Below, piece after piece: positions 47,256 to 57,820 of a stretch of DNA of 64,000 nt; within the stretch, counting starts at the first letter, position 1; every line of letters begins with the position of its first letter. This stretch comes from an uncultured Spirochaetales bacterium (GTDB lineage Bacteria; Spirochaetota; Spirochaetia; Sphaerochaetales; Sphaerochaetaceae). The stretch spans positions 103,740 through 167,739 of the forward strand of contig CALXYO010000003.1 in NCBI GenBank assembly GCA_944393005.1, written 5' to 3'. A program made the translations under genes and the position numbers. Below the pieces are notes generated by a model, which was not told the origin of the DNA, searched no databases, and was given only the letters and a program-made list of their open reading frames with translations.

Positions 47256-49000
47256 TCCTCCTTTGCGTGATCGAAGTCGCCGCCGCCCTTGCTCTGGGCT
47301 TCCACGATTTCCCTGTATATTTCATTTGTCCTGATCAGATTCTCATGAGTGTCGAAACCTGTCACGCGTCCGCCGTCAAGCACGATTATCCTGTCGGCTT
47401 TCTCAATGCTTGAGATCCTCTGTGACACGATTATCTTCGTCGTGTCCCCGATCTTTTCCCTGAAAGCCTTCTTTATTTTCGCATCCGTTGCCGTATCGAC
47501 AGCTGAGGTCGAGTCGTCAAGGATGAGGATTTTCGGCTTCTTGAGAAGGGAGCGTGCGATGCAGAGCCTCTGTCTCTGGCCGCCGGAAACATTCGTTCCT
47601 CCCTGTTCGATGTATGTGTTGTATCCGTCAGGCAGACGGTCTATGAACTCATCGGCGCATGCGGCCTTGCAGGCTTCGATGCATTCTTCCTCGCTTGCAT
47701 TCTCATTTCCCCATCTCAGGTTCTCAAGTATTGTTCCCGAGAAAAGGACGTTCTTCTGAAGCACGACCGCGACTGCGTCCCTGAGGGTCTGGATATCATA
47801 GTCGCGCACTTCCACGCCGCCGACCTTGAGGGAGCCGGATGAGATATCGTAAAGACGGCTTATGAGGTTCACAAGACTCGACTTGCCGCTTCCGGTCGCA
47901 CCGATGATTCCGATCGTCTCGCCCGCGTTTATATGCAGGTTTATGTCTTCAAGGACCGGTTTGGTGTTCCTGCTGCTGTAGGAGAATGAGACATGTGAGA
48001 AATCTATGCTCCCGTCCTTCACTTCCATGACCGGATTCTGCCCGTCCGTGATGTCGCTTTCCTCGCTCAGCACCTGTGAGATACGTCTGATGCTGGCGCT
48101 GCTCATCGTGATCATGACGAAAATCATGCTGAGCATCATAAGAGACATCATCATGCTTATGACGTAGCTGAAGAGGGAAGTGATGTTTCCAGTGGTCATT
48201 GTCCCACCAACGATGAAATGGGCACCGAGCCATGAGATGCATACTATGCAGGTGTATATCACGAACATCATCACAGGATTGTTGAAGGCGAGGATGGACT
48301 CGGCCTTCACGAACATCTTGTAAAGCTTGTTGCTGGCCTTTGAGAATTTCTTCTTCTCATAGTCTTCCCTCACATATGCCTTGACCGTCCTGATTGCTCC
48401 CACGTTCTCCTGCACGCTGGCATTCAGGTCATCATAGCGGTTGAACACTTTCTGGAAGATCGGCATCGTGATGTTCGCGATGGAGAAGAGTATGATGCCC
48501 AGGATTATGATCGCCGCAAAGAACACGAGACTGAGCTCCCTGTTTATGATGAAGCACATGCTCCATGAACAGATGAGCATCAGCGGTGCCCTCACCGCGA
48601 TTCTGAGTATCATCTGGACAGCGTTCTGCACGTTCGTGACATCCGTGGTTATACGGGTTACGAGTCCGGCAGTAGAGAACTTGTCGATGTTGGAAAAGGA
48701 AAATTCCTGTATCTTCTCATACATTCCCTGTCTGAGATTGCAGGCAAATCCGGTGGAGGCCTTTGCCGCATTCCTTCCTGCTAGTACACCGCAGATAAGG
48801 GAGAGGAAAGCGCACACCAGCATCAGACATCCGAAAAGAACGAGATCCCTCATGCTTCCGCCTTCGATTCCACGGTCGATGATCATTGCGGTGATGAAAG
48901 GAATGAGTATCTCCATTATGACTTCCCCCGCAGTCAGGAGGGGAGCGAGAACCGCATTCCTTCTGTAAGAACCGAAATATTTCAAAAGTTTCTTATGCAT
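47252..49000 (-). CDS. ABC exporter, fused TMD-NBD (degenerate-site subunit A)
   Basis: GATGSGKS, VSGGQRQR, LDDSTSAVD, VSQR. Confidence 0.92.
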   Translation of the reverse strand: MHKKLLKYFGSYRRNAVLAPLLTAGEVIMEILIPFITAMIIDRGIEGGSMRDLVLFGCLMLVCAFLSLICGVLAGRNAAKASTGFACNLRQGMYEKIQEFSFSNIDKFSTAGLVTRITTDVTNVQNAVQMILRIAVRAPLMLICSWSMCFIINRELSLVFFAAIIILGIILFSIANITMPIFQKVFNRYDDLNASVQENVGAIRTVKAYVREDYEKKKFSKASNKLYKMFVKAESILAFNNPVMMFVIYTCIVCISWLGAHFIVGGTMTTGNITSLFSYVISMMMSLMMLSMIFVMITMSSASIRRISQVLSEESDITDGQNPVMEVKDGSIDFSHVSFSYSSRNTKPVLEDINLHINAGETIGIIGATGSGKSSLVNLISRLYDISSGSLKVGGVEVRDYDIQTLRDAVAVVLQKNVLFSGTILENLRWGNENASEEECIEACKAACADEFIDRLPDGYNTYIEQGGTNVSGGQRQRLCIARSLLKKPKILILDDSTSAVDTATDAKIKKAFREKIGDTTKIIVSQRISSIEKADRIIVLDGGRVTGFDTHENLIRTNEIYREIVEAQSKGGGDFDHAKEE

Positions 49001-49015
49001 GAAAACTCCTTGTAT

Positions 49016-49447
49016 TTACACATCCATTCCTTCATATACTTTCGCAAGCAGGGTATTGAGCAGGCTCTTCTCCTCATCTGAAAGACATCTCACCAGCCAT
49101 GCGTCTCCTGCCTGCTTTTCCTTTTCAGCATCCCTGCACAAGGCTTCCCCTGCGGCGCTGACCCGTATATGCTTTATCCTCCTGTCATTTCTGTCGCCCA
49201 TGCCTGTGACAAGCCCCTTCTTCTCGAGCCTTGCCGCAATTCCTGCTATGGTCGCCTGTGACATGCCGAAATAGCTTTCAAGTTCCTTGAGCGTCAGGTC
49301 GTGTTCGCTCTGCGCCATGAGGTGAAGCAGAACCTTCAGCTGGGAAAGGGTGACTCCCTTTTCCTGAAGTCTTCTGTTGCCTTCTCTTTCCATTTTCTCG
49401 TTTATCCTCTTGATGAGTTCCGGTGAGGAAAGTCTGTTTTCCGTCAT
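49016..49447 (-). CDS. MarR-family transcriptional regulator
   Basis: LSQLKVL, SQATIAGIAARLEKKGLV, DRRIK. Confidence 0.9.
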   Translation of the reverse strand: MTENRLSSPELIKRINEKMEREGNRRLQEKGVTLSQLKVLLHLMAQSEHDLTLKELESYFGMSQATIAGIAARLEKKGLVTGMGDRNDRRIKHIRVSAAGEALCRDAEKEKQAGDAWLVRCLSDEEKSLLNTLLAKVYEGMDV

Positions 49448-49573
49448 TTCTGACCCCCTGAAGGAAAATGTCTGAAAGGTTTATAATAAAACAAAAGCAT
49501 GCTGTCAATTGCATGCTGTTGAATTCACATAATCTTCATATTCGCCAGTTTCATCCGGCATGAAAGGTGATAA

Positions 49574-49640
49574 ACTGAGAGAAAAGGAGCTGCAATCGGA
49601 ATCATATCAGCCGGAAAAGCTGTTAAGGAGGAGATTGATG
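49574..49640 (+). pseudogene. BrnT toxin C-terminal remnant
   Basis: TERKGAAIGIISAGKAVKEEIDG resembles the BrnT C-terminus TER.G..IRIISARKA.K.E; no N-terminal part or start found. Confidence 0.55.
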
Positions 49641-49924
49641 GCTGCAAAGATGGTTTCTTTGAAAATGCCTGCAATGACGGAAACGGAACGCAGGGATCTT
49701 GAGAGGCATACCGACACTGATTTCTCTGACAGCCCGGTACTTACCGGAGAACATATCGGAAACGTAAAGAGGGGATACGAAATTCATCCCGAATGGTACA
49801 AGCCGACAAAAAGCAGAGTGACCATAATGATTGGCGATGATGTTCTTGCTGTCTTGAAGGCTGGAGTAAGAGGGGAGCAGACAAGGATCAAGCCATTCTC
49901 AGAAAAGAAGTCATGGGTGCCTGA
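49638..49924 (+). pseudogene. BrnA (DUF4415) antitoxin, frameshifted
   Basis: DFSDSP...YKPTKSRVTIMIGDDVL...GEQTRI; adding 1 nt at about 49891 restores TRINAILRKEVMGA*. Confidence 0.75.
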
Positions 49925-50064
49925 TCACTCAGTCTTTTCATATGCATCATCTGGCAACGCATTAAAAAGACGTTTCCCTGAGAGATCTTATTCCTGTTTC
50001 TGTTGAGAAAAAGTCTTTTCAGTTTTAATCTGTATTTAATTTTTCAACTTTAAGATGGAAACAT

Positions 50065-50745
50065 ATGAGACTGCTGCTTGCTGAAGATGAAGTGAAACTC
50101 AATGGAATAATAAAGAAGGCACTGGAGGTTTCCGGCTATGCCGTGGATGCGGTTTTTGACGGAAAGAGTGCGCTTGAATACCTTGAGAGCACGCATTATG
50201 ATGCCGCCGTGCTGGATGTCATGATGCCCCTCCTTGACGGGTTTGAGGTTGTCAGACGCTACCGAGCATCTGGAGGGGAGTGTCCCGTTCTTTTCCTTAC
50301 GGCGAGGGATGCGGTTGCCGACAGGGTCACGGGACTGGACAGCGGCGGTGATGACTATCTTGTGAAACCGTTCAGTTTCGATGAGCTCTTCGCGCGCCTC
50401 AGGGTGCTTATCAGGCGGACAGCTTCCAATTCCGGCAAGACTTCAAACATCCTGAGTGTTGGAACCCTTTCTCTTGACAGGGCATCAATGAGAGTGAAAA
50501 GAGGAGACAGGGATATAGAGCTTTCATCAAAGGAATTCGCAATCCTTGAATACCTTATGCTCAACGCAGGCAGTGTCCTCACAAGGGAAAGCATACGCAG
50601 CCATGTCTGGACTTATGACTATGAAGGTGAAAGCAATATGGTTGATGTTTATATCCGCTTTCTGAGAAAGAAGATCGATGATGATGAGAATGTGAAGCTC
50701 ATTCATACCGTAAGGGGTGCGGGGTACTGCCTGAAGGAGGAGTGA
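50065..50745 (+). CDS. OmpR-family response regulator
   Basis: LLAEDE, LDVMMP, LTARD, DDYLVKPF, TVRGAGY. Confidence 0.93.
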   Translation: MRLLLAEDEVKLNGIIKKALEVSGYAVDAVFDGKSALEYLESTHYDAAVLDVMMPLLDGFEVVRRYRASGGECPVLFLTARDAVADRVTGLDSGGDDYLVKPFSFDELFARLRVLIRRTASNSGKTSNILSVGTLSLDRASMRVKRGDRDIELSSKEFAILEYLMLNAGSVLTRESIRSHVWTYDYEGESNMVDVYIRFLRKKIDDDENVKLIHTVRGAGYCLKEE

Positions 50746-52058
50746 TGCAGCTGAGCCTGAAAAAGAAAATAGTCATATGGTACACGATATGGATGAGCAT
50801 ACTCGCCGTTCTTTTCATAGCGGTGGCCTTCGCATCCTCCGGTTATGTGTCCGGCAACCGGGCGCGCACTATCGTGGTCGAGTCAGTCATGGATGCGGTT
50901 GAGGAATTTTATGATGAAGGCTGGTTCGAGCCTTATGAGGACGGCATTTTCATTTCCCTTCTTGACAGCGGGAACAACGTGCTTTTCGGACAGCTTCCAA
51001 AGGAGGCGTCTACCATCGCCAGTACTGAAGGAAAGGTGAGTGTGTTTCCGCATCTCAATGTTGACTGGTATGTCTACGACTATGTGCTTTCAAACGGAAT
51101 GCGGATAAGAGGTGCATATTCCCTCAACGGTATTTCGCAGATATTCTCTTTCTTCTTCATTTTTTCACTTATCGTATTTCCCCTGCTTGTCTTGCTTGCG
51201 GCTGTTGGAGGATATTTCATAACGAGGAAGGCTTTTGCTCCTCTTGACAAGATGAGCCGCACTGCTGCCGAGATATCGACAAGTGCGGATCTTTCCAAAA
51301 GAGTGGATGTGAATGATGCCGGTCAGGAAATAAGGCTGCTTGCCTCATCTTTCGACAACATGCTTGACCGCCTTGAGGATGCATTCAGGAAAGAACGTCA
51401 GTTCACCGATGATGCCAGTCATGAGCTCAGGACTCCTGTCGCGCTCATCAGGTCCGAGGCTGAATACATGCTGATGCTGTGCAGTGACAAAATTCTCTGC
51501 GGGGAAATTGAGGAAATAATCAATCAGTGCGACAGGATGACCGGCATGCTGAACCAGCTGCTGACACTTGCCCGTTCGGACAGCGGCCGCTATGAGGCTG
51601 AATTCGAGTACCTGAATCTGTCCCAGCTGTGTGATGTCCTGTGCTCTTCCATGGAAGGCAGTGCAGAAGAGAAAGGACTTACGCTTACAAAACATATCGC
51701 TGACAATCTCTTCATTGAGGCGGATGAGTCACTTGTCATGAGAGCACTGTCCAATCTCATTTCAAATGCACTCAAGTATACGGACAGGGGCGGATGTGTG
51801 GATGTAAGTCTTGAAGACGGCACAAGTGATGCCATCCTGCGTGTTTGTGATACGGGTATAGGTATTAGCAGCAATGATCTTCCCCACATCTTTGACAGGT
51901 TCTATCAGGCGGATCCCTCACGCAGCGGCGGCGGAAGCGGACTCGGGCTTTCAATCGTCAGCTGGATATGTTCCGTGCACAAGACAGCCTGCACCGTTGA
52001 AAGCCGTGAAGGCGAGGGTTCCGTTTTCTCGATAAAGTTCCACAAGGTGCTCAATTGA
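50745..52058 (+). CDS. Sensor histidine kinase (HAMP-HisKA-HATPase)
   Basis: 2 TM; ASHELRTP, NALKY, DTGIG, GLGLSIV. Confidence 0.93.
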   Translation: MQLSLKKKIVIWYTIWMSILAVLFIAVAFASSGYVSGNRARTIVVESVMDAVEEFYDEGWFEPYEDGIFISLLDSGNNVLFGQLPKEASTIASTEGKVSVFPHLNVDWYVYDYVLSNGMRIRGAYSLNGISQIFSFFFIFSLIVFPLLVLLAAVGGYFITRKAFAPLDKMSRTAAEISTSADLSKRVDVNDAGQEIRLLASSFDNMLDRLEDAFRKERQFTDDASHELRTPVALIRSEAEYMLMLCSDKILCGEIEEIINQCDRMTGMLNQLLTLARSDSGRYEAEFEYLNLSQLCDVLCSSMEGSAEEKGLTLTKHIADNLFIEADESLVMRALSNLISNALKYTDRGGCVDVSLEDGTSDAILRVCDTGIGISSNDLPHIFDRFYQADPSRSGGGSGLGLSIVSWICSVHKTACTVESREGEGSVFSIKFHKVLN

Positions 52059-52107
52059 TGCTCCTCCTGTCTTTTTATTGTACCTGTGAATTGCTATAAT
52101 CCCTTTT

Positions 52108-53394
52108 ATGAAAAACAGTACCGATGCACGTAAACTCATAGACTTCATTTCATCTTCCCCGTCTCCGTACCATGTGGTGGAGAATATGGCAAAAAAGCTT
52201 TCATCGCTCGGCTACAGGGAACTTGACGAGAGAGGGCCTTTCAATCTTGAGAAAGGACAATGCTGTTTTGTCAGGAGAAACAGCTCCTCAATGATAGCAT
52301 TCCGCATTCCGCAGGAAAGATTCACTTCATTCCACTGTGTCTCCGCTCATACGGACAGTCCGACATTCAAGATCAAACCGAATCCGGTTGACACGTCATC
52401 ATCACACTATTCGACCCTGAATGTTGAAACCTACGGTGGTCTTGTTCTCAATTCATGGTTTGACCGTCCTCTCTCGATAGCCGGACGTGTCTATGTCAGA
52501 ACGGACAGGGGGCCGGAGGAGAGGCTTGTGGATTTTGACAGGGATCTTGTCAGCATACCATCCCTTGCCATCCATCAGAACAGACAAGTGAATGACGGAG
52601 TGAAGATAAGCGTGCAGAAAGAGATGAAGCCGCTGCTGTCGACTGATATGGACAGGGATGTCTTCTTATCCCTTCTTTCCGACAGGCTCTGTGCCGGTAA
52701 GGATGATATACTGGATTACGATCTCTTCCTTTATAACAGGACAAAGCCGTGTATATGGGGTGCAGACGGTGAGTTTGTCTCATCGCCGAAACTTGACGAT
52801 CTCATGTGCGCATATTCCGCTTTCAGGGCCCTGTGCGAGGCAGAAGGAAGCCCCTGCCTCGATATTATTGCGCTTTTCGACAACGAGGAGACCGGCTCAT
52901 CCAGCCGCCAGGGTGCGCTTTCAGATTTCCTTTTCTCGACTCTCAGGAGAATCTGCCTTTCTCTTTCATACAGCGAAGAGGAAATGTACATGCTTTTCGC
53001 TTCCTCGAACATGCTCAGCAGTGACAACGGTCATGCCCTGCATCCGAATTACACTGAAAAATGCGACATTACGAACAAGCCTGTCATCAACGGCGGTGTG
53101 ATCATAAAGTACTCTGCAAACCAGAAGTACACGACCGACGCCTCCACCGGTGCATATGTGAAGGATCTCATGATCAGAAACGGCATTCCGTACCAGATAT
53201 TCGTGAATAACTCCGATGTCACCGGAGGCAGTACGCTCGGCAACCTGTCCATGCACCAGGTGAGCATCCCCACCTGCGACATCGGACTTGCCCAGCTTTC
53301 GATGCATTCAAGCTATGAATGCGCCGGAGTTGAGGATGCCTCTTATATATGCAGACTTTTCAAAGCATATTTCGAGGAACAGGGAGGCAGGTGA
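52108..53394 (+). CDS. M18 aspartyl aminopeptidase
   Basis: [34 protein letters not shown]. Confidence 0.9.
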   Translation: MKNSTDARKLIDFISSSPSPYHVVENMAKKLSSLGYRELDERGPFNLEKGQCCFVRRNSSSMIAFRIPQERFTSFHCVSAHTDSPTFKIKPNPVDTSSSHYSTLNVETYGGLVLNSWFDRPLSIAGRVYVRTDRGPEERLVDFDRDLVSIPSLAIHQNRQVNDGVKISVQKEMKPLLSTDMDRDVFLSLLSDRLCAGKDDILDYDLFLYNRTKPCIWGADGEFVSSPKLDDLMCAYSAFRALCEAEGSPCLDIIALFDNEETGSSSRQGALSDFLFSTLRRICLSLSYSEEEMYMLFASSNMLSSDNGHALHPNYTEKCDITNKPVINGGVIIKYSANQKYTTDASTGAYVKDLMIRNGIPYQIFVNNSDVTGGSTLGNLSMHQVSIPTCDIGLAQLSMHSSYECAGVEDASYICRLFKAYFEEQGGR

Positions 53395-55064
53395 TGCTCA
53401 GCGATATCGAAATAGCACAGCAGTGCAGAATGAAGAACATAAGCGAGATTGCCGCGGCCCTGAAAATCCCTGAGGATCTGGTTGAGCCTTATGGCCGCTA
53501 TAAGGCCAAGATTGATTATTCAGCCCTGGAGACGAAGGGAAAGAAGGGAAAGCTGGTGCTGGTCACTGCAATAAATCCGACTCCGGCGGGAGAAGGCAAG
53601 ACTACAGTCTCAATCGGTCTTGCCGATGCCCTTGCAAGACGCGGGGTGAATGTCTGCCTTGCTCTGAGGGAACCGTCCCTCGGTCCTGTGTTCGGCCTCA
53701 AGGGAGGTGCTGCAGGAGGCGGCTATGCCCAGGTTGTGCCGATGGAGGACATCAACCTCCATTTCACGGGAGACCTTCATGCCATAACGGCTGCTAACAA
53801 TCTCATTGCCGCCCTTGTGGACAATTCCATTCAGCAGGGCAACAGGCTGAATATAGATCCCCGCCGTGTTCTCTGGCGCCGCTGCATGGACATGAATGAC
53901 AGACAGTTGCGCTTCATTGTCTCGGGTCTTGGCGGAAAGAGCAACGGAAATCCGCGGGAAGAGGGCTTTGACATAACAACAGCAAGCGAGATCATGGCGA
54001 CTCTCTGCCTTTCTCTTAATCTTGCTGACCTCAAGAAACGGGTTTCCCGCCTCATAGTGGCAAGAACATATGACGGAAAGATCGTGACGGCCGGAGACCT
54101 GAAGGCGGCAGGAGCGGTCTGTGCACTGCTTAAGGATGCGCTCAAGCCCAATCTCGTGCAGACCCTTGAACATACTCCTGCATTCGTGCACGGCGGTCCG
54201 TTTGCCAATATTGCCCATGGCTGCAATTCTGTCATAGCAACCCGTACTGCCCTGAAACTTGCAGATGTTGTTGTGACGGAAGCCGGATTCGGTGCTGATC
54301 TGGGAGCAGAGAAATTCATCGACATCAAATGCCGTCTTTCATCCATGATGCCTTCCGTAATTGTTCTCGTTGCATCCGTAAGGGCCCTGAAGAGTCACGG
54401 AGGTGTTTGCAGGGAGGATCTGCATCTTGAAAACCTCGATGCCCTCAGAAAAGGTCTGTCAAACCTTGAACGACACATAAGCAACATAAAGAATGTATGG
54501 AACCTTCCTCCTGTTGTTGCCCTTAACCGCTTCTCGGGCGACAGCAGTGCAGAAATAGCACTGCTTGAGGATTTCTGTTCAAAACTCGGCGTGGAGGTGA
54601 AGCTTTGCGATGTCTGGGCGAAAGGAGGGGAAGGCGGTCTTGATCTTGCGGATGCAGTGCTGAGAGCACTTGCCATGGAGGATCAGTACAAGGCACATTT
54701 CACTTATCCTGACGATCTTTCGCTTGCGGACAAGATCAGGGCTGTCGCCACAAGAATCTACGGTGCCGACGGCGTGAATTTCGCCCCGGGCGTGCTCACC
54801 CAGATCAGGAAAGCCGAGGAGGAAGGTTACAGGGATTACCCTGTCTGCATCGCGAAAACCCAGTATTCGTTCTCTGACGATCCGAAGAAAACAGGTGCTC
54901 CTTCCTCTTTCCGCATCACGATAAGGGGAATAAAGGTGAGTGCCGGTGCCGGTTTCATCGTTGCATATGCCGGAGATATAATGACAATGCCGGGGCTGCC
55001 GAAAGTGCCGGCAGCCGAAGGTATAGACGTTTGTGATGACGGAAGGATAACAGGACTTTTCTGA
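53394..55064 (+). CDS. fhs: Formate-tetrahydrofolate ligase
   Basis: [39 protein letters not shown]. Confidence 0.95.
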   Translation: MLSDIEIAQQCRMKNISEIAAALKIPEDLVEPYGRYKAKIDYSALETKGKKGKLVLVTAINPTPAGEGKTTVSIGLADALARRGVNVCLALREPSLGPVFGLKGGAAGGGYAQVVPMEDINLHFTGDLHAITAANNLIAALVDNSIQQGNRLNIDPRRVLWRRCMDMNDRQLRFIVSGLGGKSNGNPREEGFDITTASEIMATLCLSLNLADLKKRVSRLIVARTYDGKIVTAGDLKAAGAVCALLKDALKPNLVQTLEHTPAFVHGGPFANIAHGCNSVIATRTALKLADVVVTEAGFGADLGAEKFIDIKCRLSSMMPSVIVLVASVRALKSHGGVCREDLHLENLDALRKGLSNLERHISNIKNVWNLPPVVALNRFSGDSSAEIALLEDFCSKLGVEVKLCDVWAKGGEGGLDLADAVLRALAMEDQYKAHFTYPDDLSLADKIRAVATRIYGADGVNFAPGVLTQIRKAEEEGYRDYPVCIAKTQYSFSDDPKKTGAPSSFRITIRGIKVSAGAGFIVAYAGDIMTMPGLPKVPAAEGIDVCDDGRITGLF

Positions 55065-55324
55065 TGGATGAGAAAAAATATTACGCAATGAAGAACAATG
55101 CCTTCGTCCTGGATACGGAAGCCGATATCGTATACTGTCCTCAGGGCGAAGTGCTGAGAAAGAAGAGTGTGAAGAAGGACGGACGCACCCGCTATATGAA
55201 TAAGAGTGCCTGCAAAATGTGTGAAAACAAATGCATAAGCCCTGAGAACAGAAACTATTGGAAGGAAATAGATTTCTATCCCCATGTCCTTGTCAAGGAG
55301 ATGAAAAGGAAAACTGAAAACTGA
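55064..55324 (+). pseudogene. Probable IS1182-family transposase fragment
   Basis: VYCPQGEVLRKKSVKKDG..RYMNKSAC..C.NKC...WKEIDF resembles the central Cys-rich region of IS1182 transposases; no DDE core. Confidence 0.5.
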
Positions 55325-55331
55325 GAAAACC

Positions 55332-55352
55332 ATGCCGTCGTTTTGACGGCAT
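55332..55352 (+). terminator. Stem-loop
   Basis: ATGCCGTC-gtttt-GACGGCAT. Confidence 0.5.
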
Positions 55353-55468
55353 TGATTTTCACCTCCGGTTCATAGCAGGTTTTTCATGTCGGCATTATGC
55401 CGGTTTTGTTTTCAGTCTGCTGAAAGTCTGGAGAGCGGTTGAGGGAATATATTTTTTGCAGTTTCTTG

Positions 55469-55542
55469 TGTATTTTTACATATTTTCTGGAAAAATATAC
55501 AAAACATGTATTCATTAAACCTGTTTTGTGTATAATATTTCA
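55469..55542. promoter_or_regulatory. Candidate ARG boxes upstream of argC
   Basis: TGGAAAAATATACA (55488) and TGTATAATATTTCA (55529) each match TGnATwwwwATnCA with one mismatch; weaker copies at 55469 and 55507. Confidence 0.4.
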
Positions 55543-55560
55543 ATATTAAAGGAAAACAGA

Positions 55561-56598
55561 ATGATAAAAGCTGCTATACTCGGTGCTACCGGCTATGCCG
55601 GATGTGAACTTGTCCGTCTGCTTCTCTGCCATAGGGATGTGGAACTTGTCTACCTTGCATCCCATTCGTATGAGGGAAAGAAATTCAGCGAAGTCTATCC
55701 TATGTTTCAGGGACTTTGCGATCTCACGCTGATGAGTGATGATCTGGCTGCGGCCTCCGATGCCGCCGATGTTGTTTTCATGGCGCTGCCTGCCGGTATC
55801 GCCTCATCTTGTGTGACTGAGGATATACTTGAAAAGACATGCATAATAGATCTCGGTGCCGACTTCCGTCTTCATGATGCAGGGGTGTATGAGAAATGGT
55901 ACAAGACGGAACACGGCAACAGTAAGCTTCTGAATGAAGCGGTATATGGCCTTCCTGAAATTCACAGAGACAGCATCAGGGGAAAGAGGCTGATAGCCAA
56001 TCCCGGCTGCTATACCACGGCATCGATTCTTGCGCTTTATCCTCTGGTGAAACATCATCTTGTGGACACATCCTCAATAATAATCGATGCGGCATCCGGA
56101 ACATCCGGAGCCGGAAGGGGAAACAAGACATCATCTCTCTTCTGCGAGGTGGATGAATCCTTCAAGGCTTACGGTATTGCGACTCACCGTCACACACCTG
56201 AAATAGAGCAGGAACTCTCCATTGCCGCCGGAAGTGACATAGTCCTGCAGTTCACACCTCATCTCGTGCCGATGAACAGGGGCATCCTGGCAACCTGCTA
56301 CGCCAGACTTGCAAAGGGCGTGGGCGATGAAGATATAAAGGCATCTTATGAGGAGTGCTATGCTGATGAGTACTTCATCCGTCTTGTCTCATCTGCACCG
56401 GAGACGAGAAATGTCAGAGGAAGCAACTTTGCCGATATCTGGTACAGGAAGGATGAGAGGACCGGCAACATAATCGTCCTTTCAGCCATTGACAATCTGA
56501 TGAAAGGTGCTGCCGGTCAGGCAGTGCAGAACATGAACATAATAATGGGGCTGGATGAGAAGTGCGCTCTGGAGTATTTCCCGTCCTGCACTATGTAG
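55561..56598 (+). CDS. argC: N-acetyl-gamma-glutamyl-phosphate reductase
   Basis: GATGYAG, ANPGCY, SGTSGAGR, HRHTPEI, DNLMKGAAGQA. Confidence 0.95.
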   Translation: MIKAAILGATGYAGCELVRLLLCHRDVELVYLASHSYEGKKFSEVYPMFQGLCDLTLMSDDLAAASDAADVVFMALPAGIASSCVTEDILEKTCIIDLGADFRLHDAGVYEKWYKTEHGNSKLLNEAVYGLPEIHRDSIRGKRLIANPGCYTTASILALYPLVKHHLVDTSSIIIDAASGTSGAGRGNKTSSLFCEVDESFKAYGIATHRHTPEIEQELSIAAGSDIVLQFTPHLVPMNRGILATCYARLAKGVGDEDIKASYEECYADEYFIRLVSSAPETRNVRGSNFADIWYRKDERTGNIIVLSAIDNLMKGAAGQAVQNMNIIMGLDEKCALEYFPSCTM

Positions 56599-56607
56599 GA
56601 GATTTTT

Positions 56608-57819
56608 ATGAACGTAATGGAAGGAAATATTGCAAGCCCTGCGGGGTTCAAGGCCGCAGGCATTCATGCGGGTCTGAAGAAAAGCCGGAAGGACATGGCC
56701 ATGATCGTCTCTGAATGTCCTGCTGTCTCAGCTGCGGCATTCACGACAAACAGGGTAAAGGCGGCTCCCGTGCTTTATGATATGAAAATACTTGAAAAAG
56801 GCTGTGCCCGTGCTGTTGTCGTCAACAGCGGAAATGCGAATGCCTGCACCGGAGATCAGGGTTATAAGGACTGCGAGGAGACAGCAGCCTATGCCGCATC
56901 ACGGCTGGCAATCGCTCCCGATGAGGTTTTCGTCTCTTCCACCGGTGTCATCGGCAAAATGCTTGATATGAAGAAAATAAAGAGCGGCATTGATGCTCTC
57001 TCATCAGAACTTGGATATGATGGCGGCAGTGCTGCGGCCGAGGCCATCCTCACCACCGATACAGTGAAGAAGGAAGTCTGCGTTTCCGTGAACCTTGGCG
57101 GAAAGGAAGTGAAGATTGCGGGAATGGCGAAAGGATCCGGAATGATCCATCCGAATATGGCGACGATGCTCTGCTTCATCACAAGTGATGCCGCAATAAG
57201 CCATGACGTGCTTCAGGATCTTCTGGGCTCCACGGTTGAAGATACTTTCAATATGATATCGGTGGACGGAGACACATCCACAAACGATACTGTGATAGTC
57301 CTTGCAAACGGCATGGCCGGAAATGAAATGATAGAAAAAGGCAGTGATGACTATAATGCATTCAGACAAGCTTTCGACTACGTTCTGAGGGAACTTGCAA
57401 AGAAGATCGTCAAGGACGGGGAAGGTGCCGACAGGTTCATTGAAATGACGGTCGAAGGGGCATCCAGCCGCAATGATGCCAGAGTCCTCGCACGTTCTGT
57501 TGTCTCTTCCTCTCTTGTCAAGGCGGCCTTCTTCGGCAGTGATGCCAACTGGGGCAGAATCCTCTGTGCAATGGGCTATTCAGGCGCTGCTTTCTCTCCT
57601 GAAAAAGTTGATCTCTACTATTCCTCAGATGCAGGCAGCATTCAGGTTCTTCATAGCGGAAGTCCTCTTGCCTTTGATGAGACTGAGGCAAAGAAAATAC
57701 TTCTTGAGAAAGAGATATACGTCAGGGCCGTCCTCCATGATGGATGTGCATGTGCGTCCGCCTGGGGCTGTGACCTGACTTATGACTATGTCAGGATAAA
57801 CGGAGATTACAGAAGCTGA
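56608..57819 (+). CDS. argJ: Ornithine acetyltransferase / N-acetylglutamate synthase
   Basis: NSGNANACTG, KGSGMIHPNMATML, DTSTND, DANWGRI. Confidence 0.95.
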   Translation: MNVMEGNIASPAGFKAAGIHAGLKKSRKDMAMIVSECPAVSAAAFTTNRVKAAPVLYDMKILEKGCARAVVVNSGNANACTGDQGYKDCEETAAYAASRLAIAPDEVFVSSTGVIGKMLDMKKIKSGIDALSSELGYDGGSAAAEAILTTDTVKKEVCVSVNLGGKEVKIAGMAKGSGMIHPNMATMLCFITSDAAISHDVLQDLLGSTVEDTFNMISVDGDTSTNDTVIVLANGMAGNEMIEKGSDDYNAFRQAFDYVLRELAKKIVKDGEGADRFIEMTVEGASSRNDARVLARSVVSSSLVKAAFFGSDANWGRILCAMGYSGAAFSPEKVDLYYSSDAGSIQVLHSGSPLAFDETEAKKILLEKEIYVRAVLHDGCACASAWGCDLTYDYVRINGDYRS

Positions 57820-57820
57820 T

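Noticed and set aside
49560-50006. Intact 148-aa CDS from the ORF track
   Set aside because: Composite of upstream non-coding sequence, frameshifted BrnA and an out-of-frame tail
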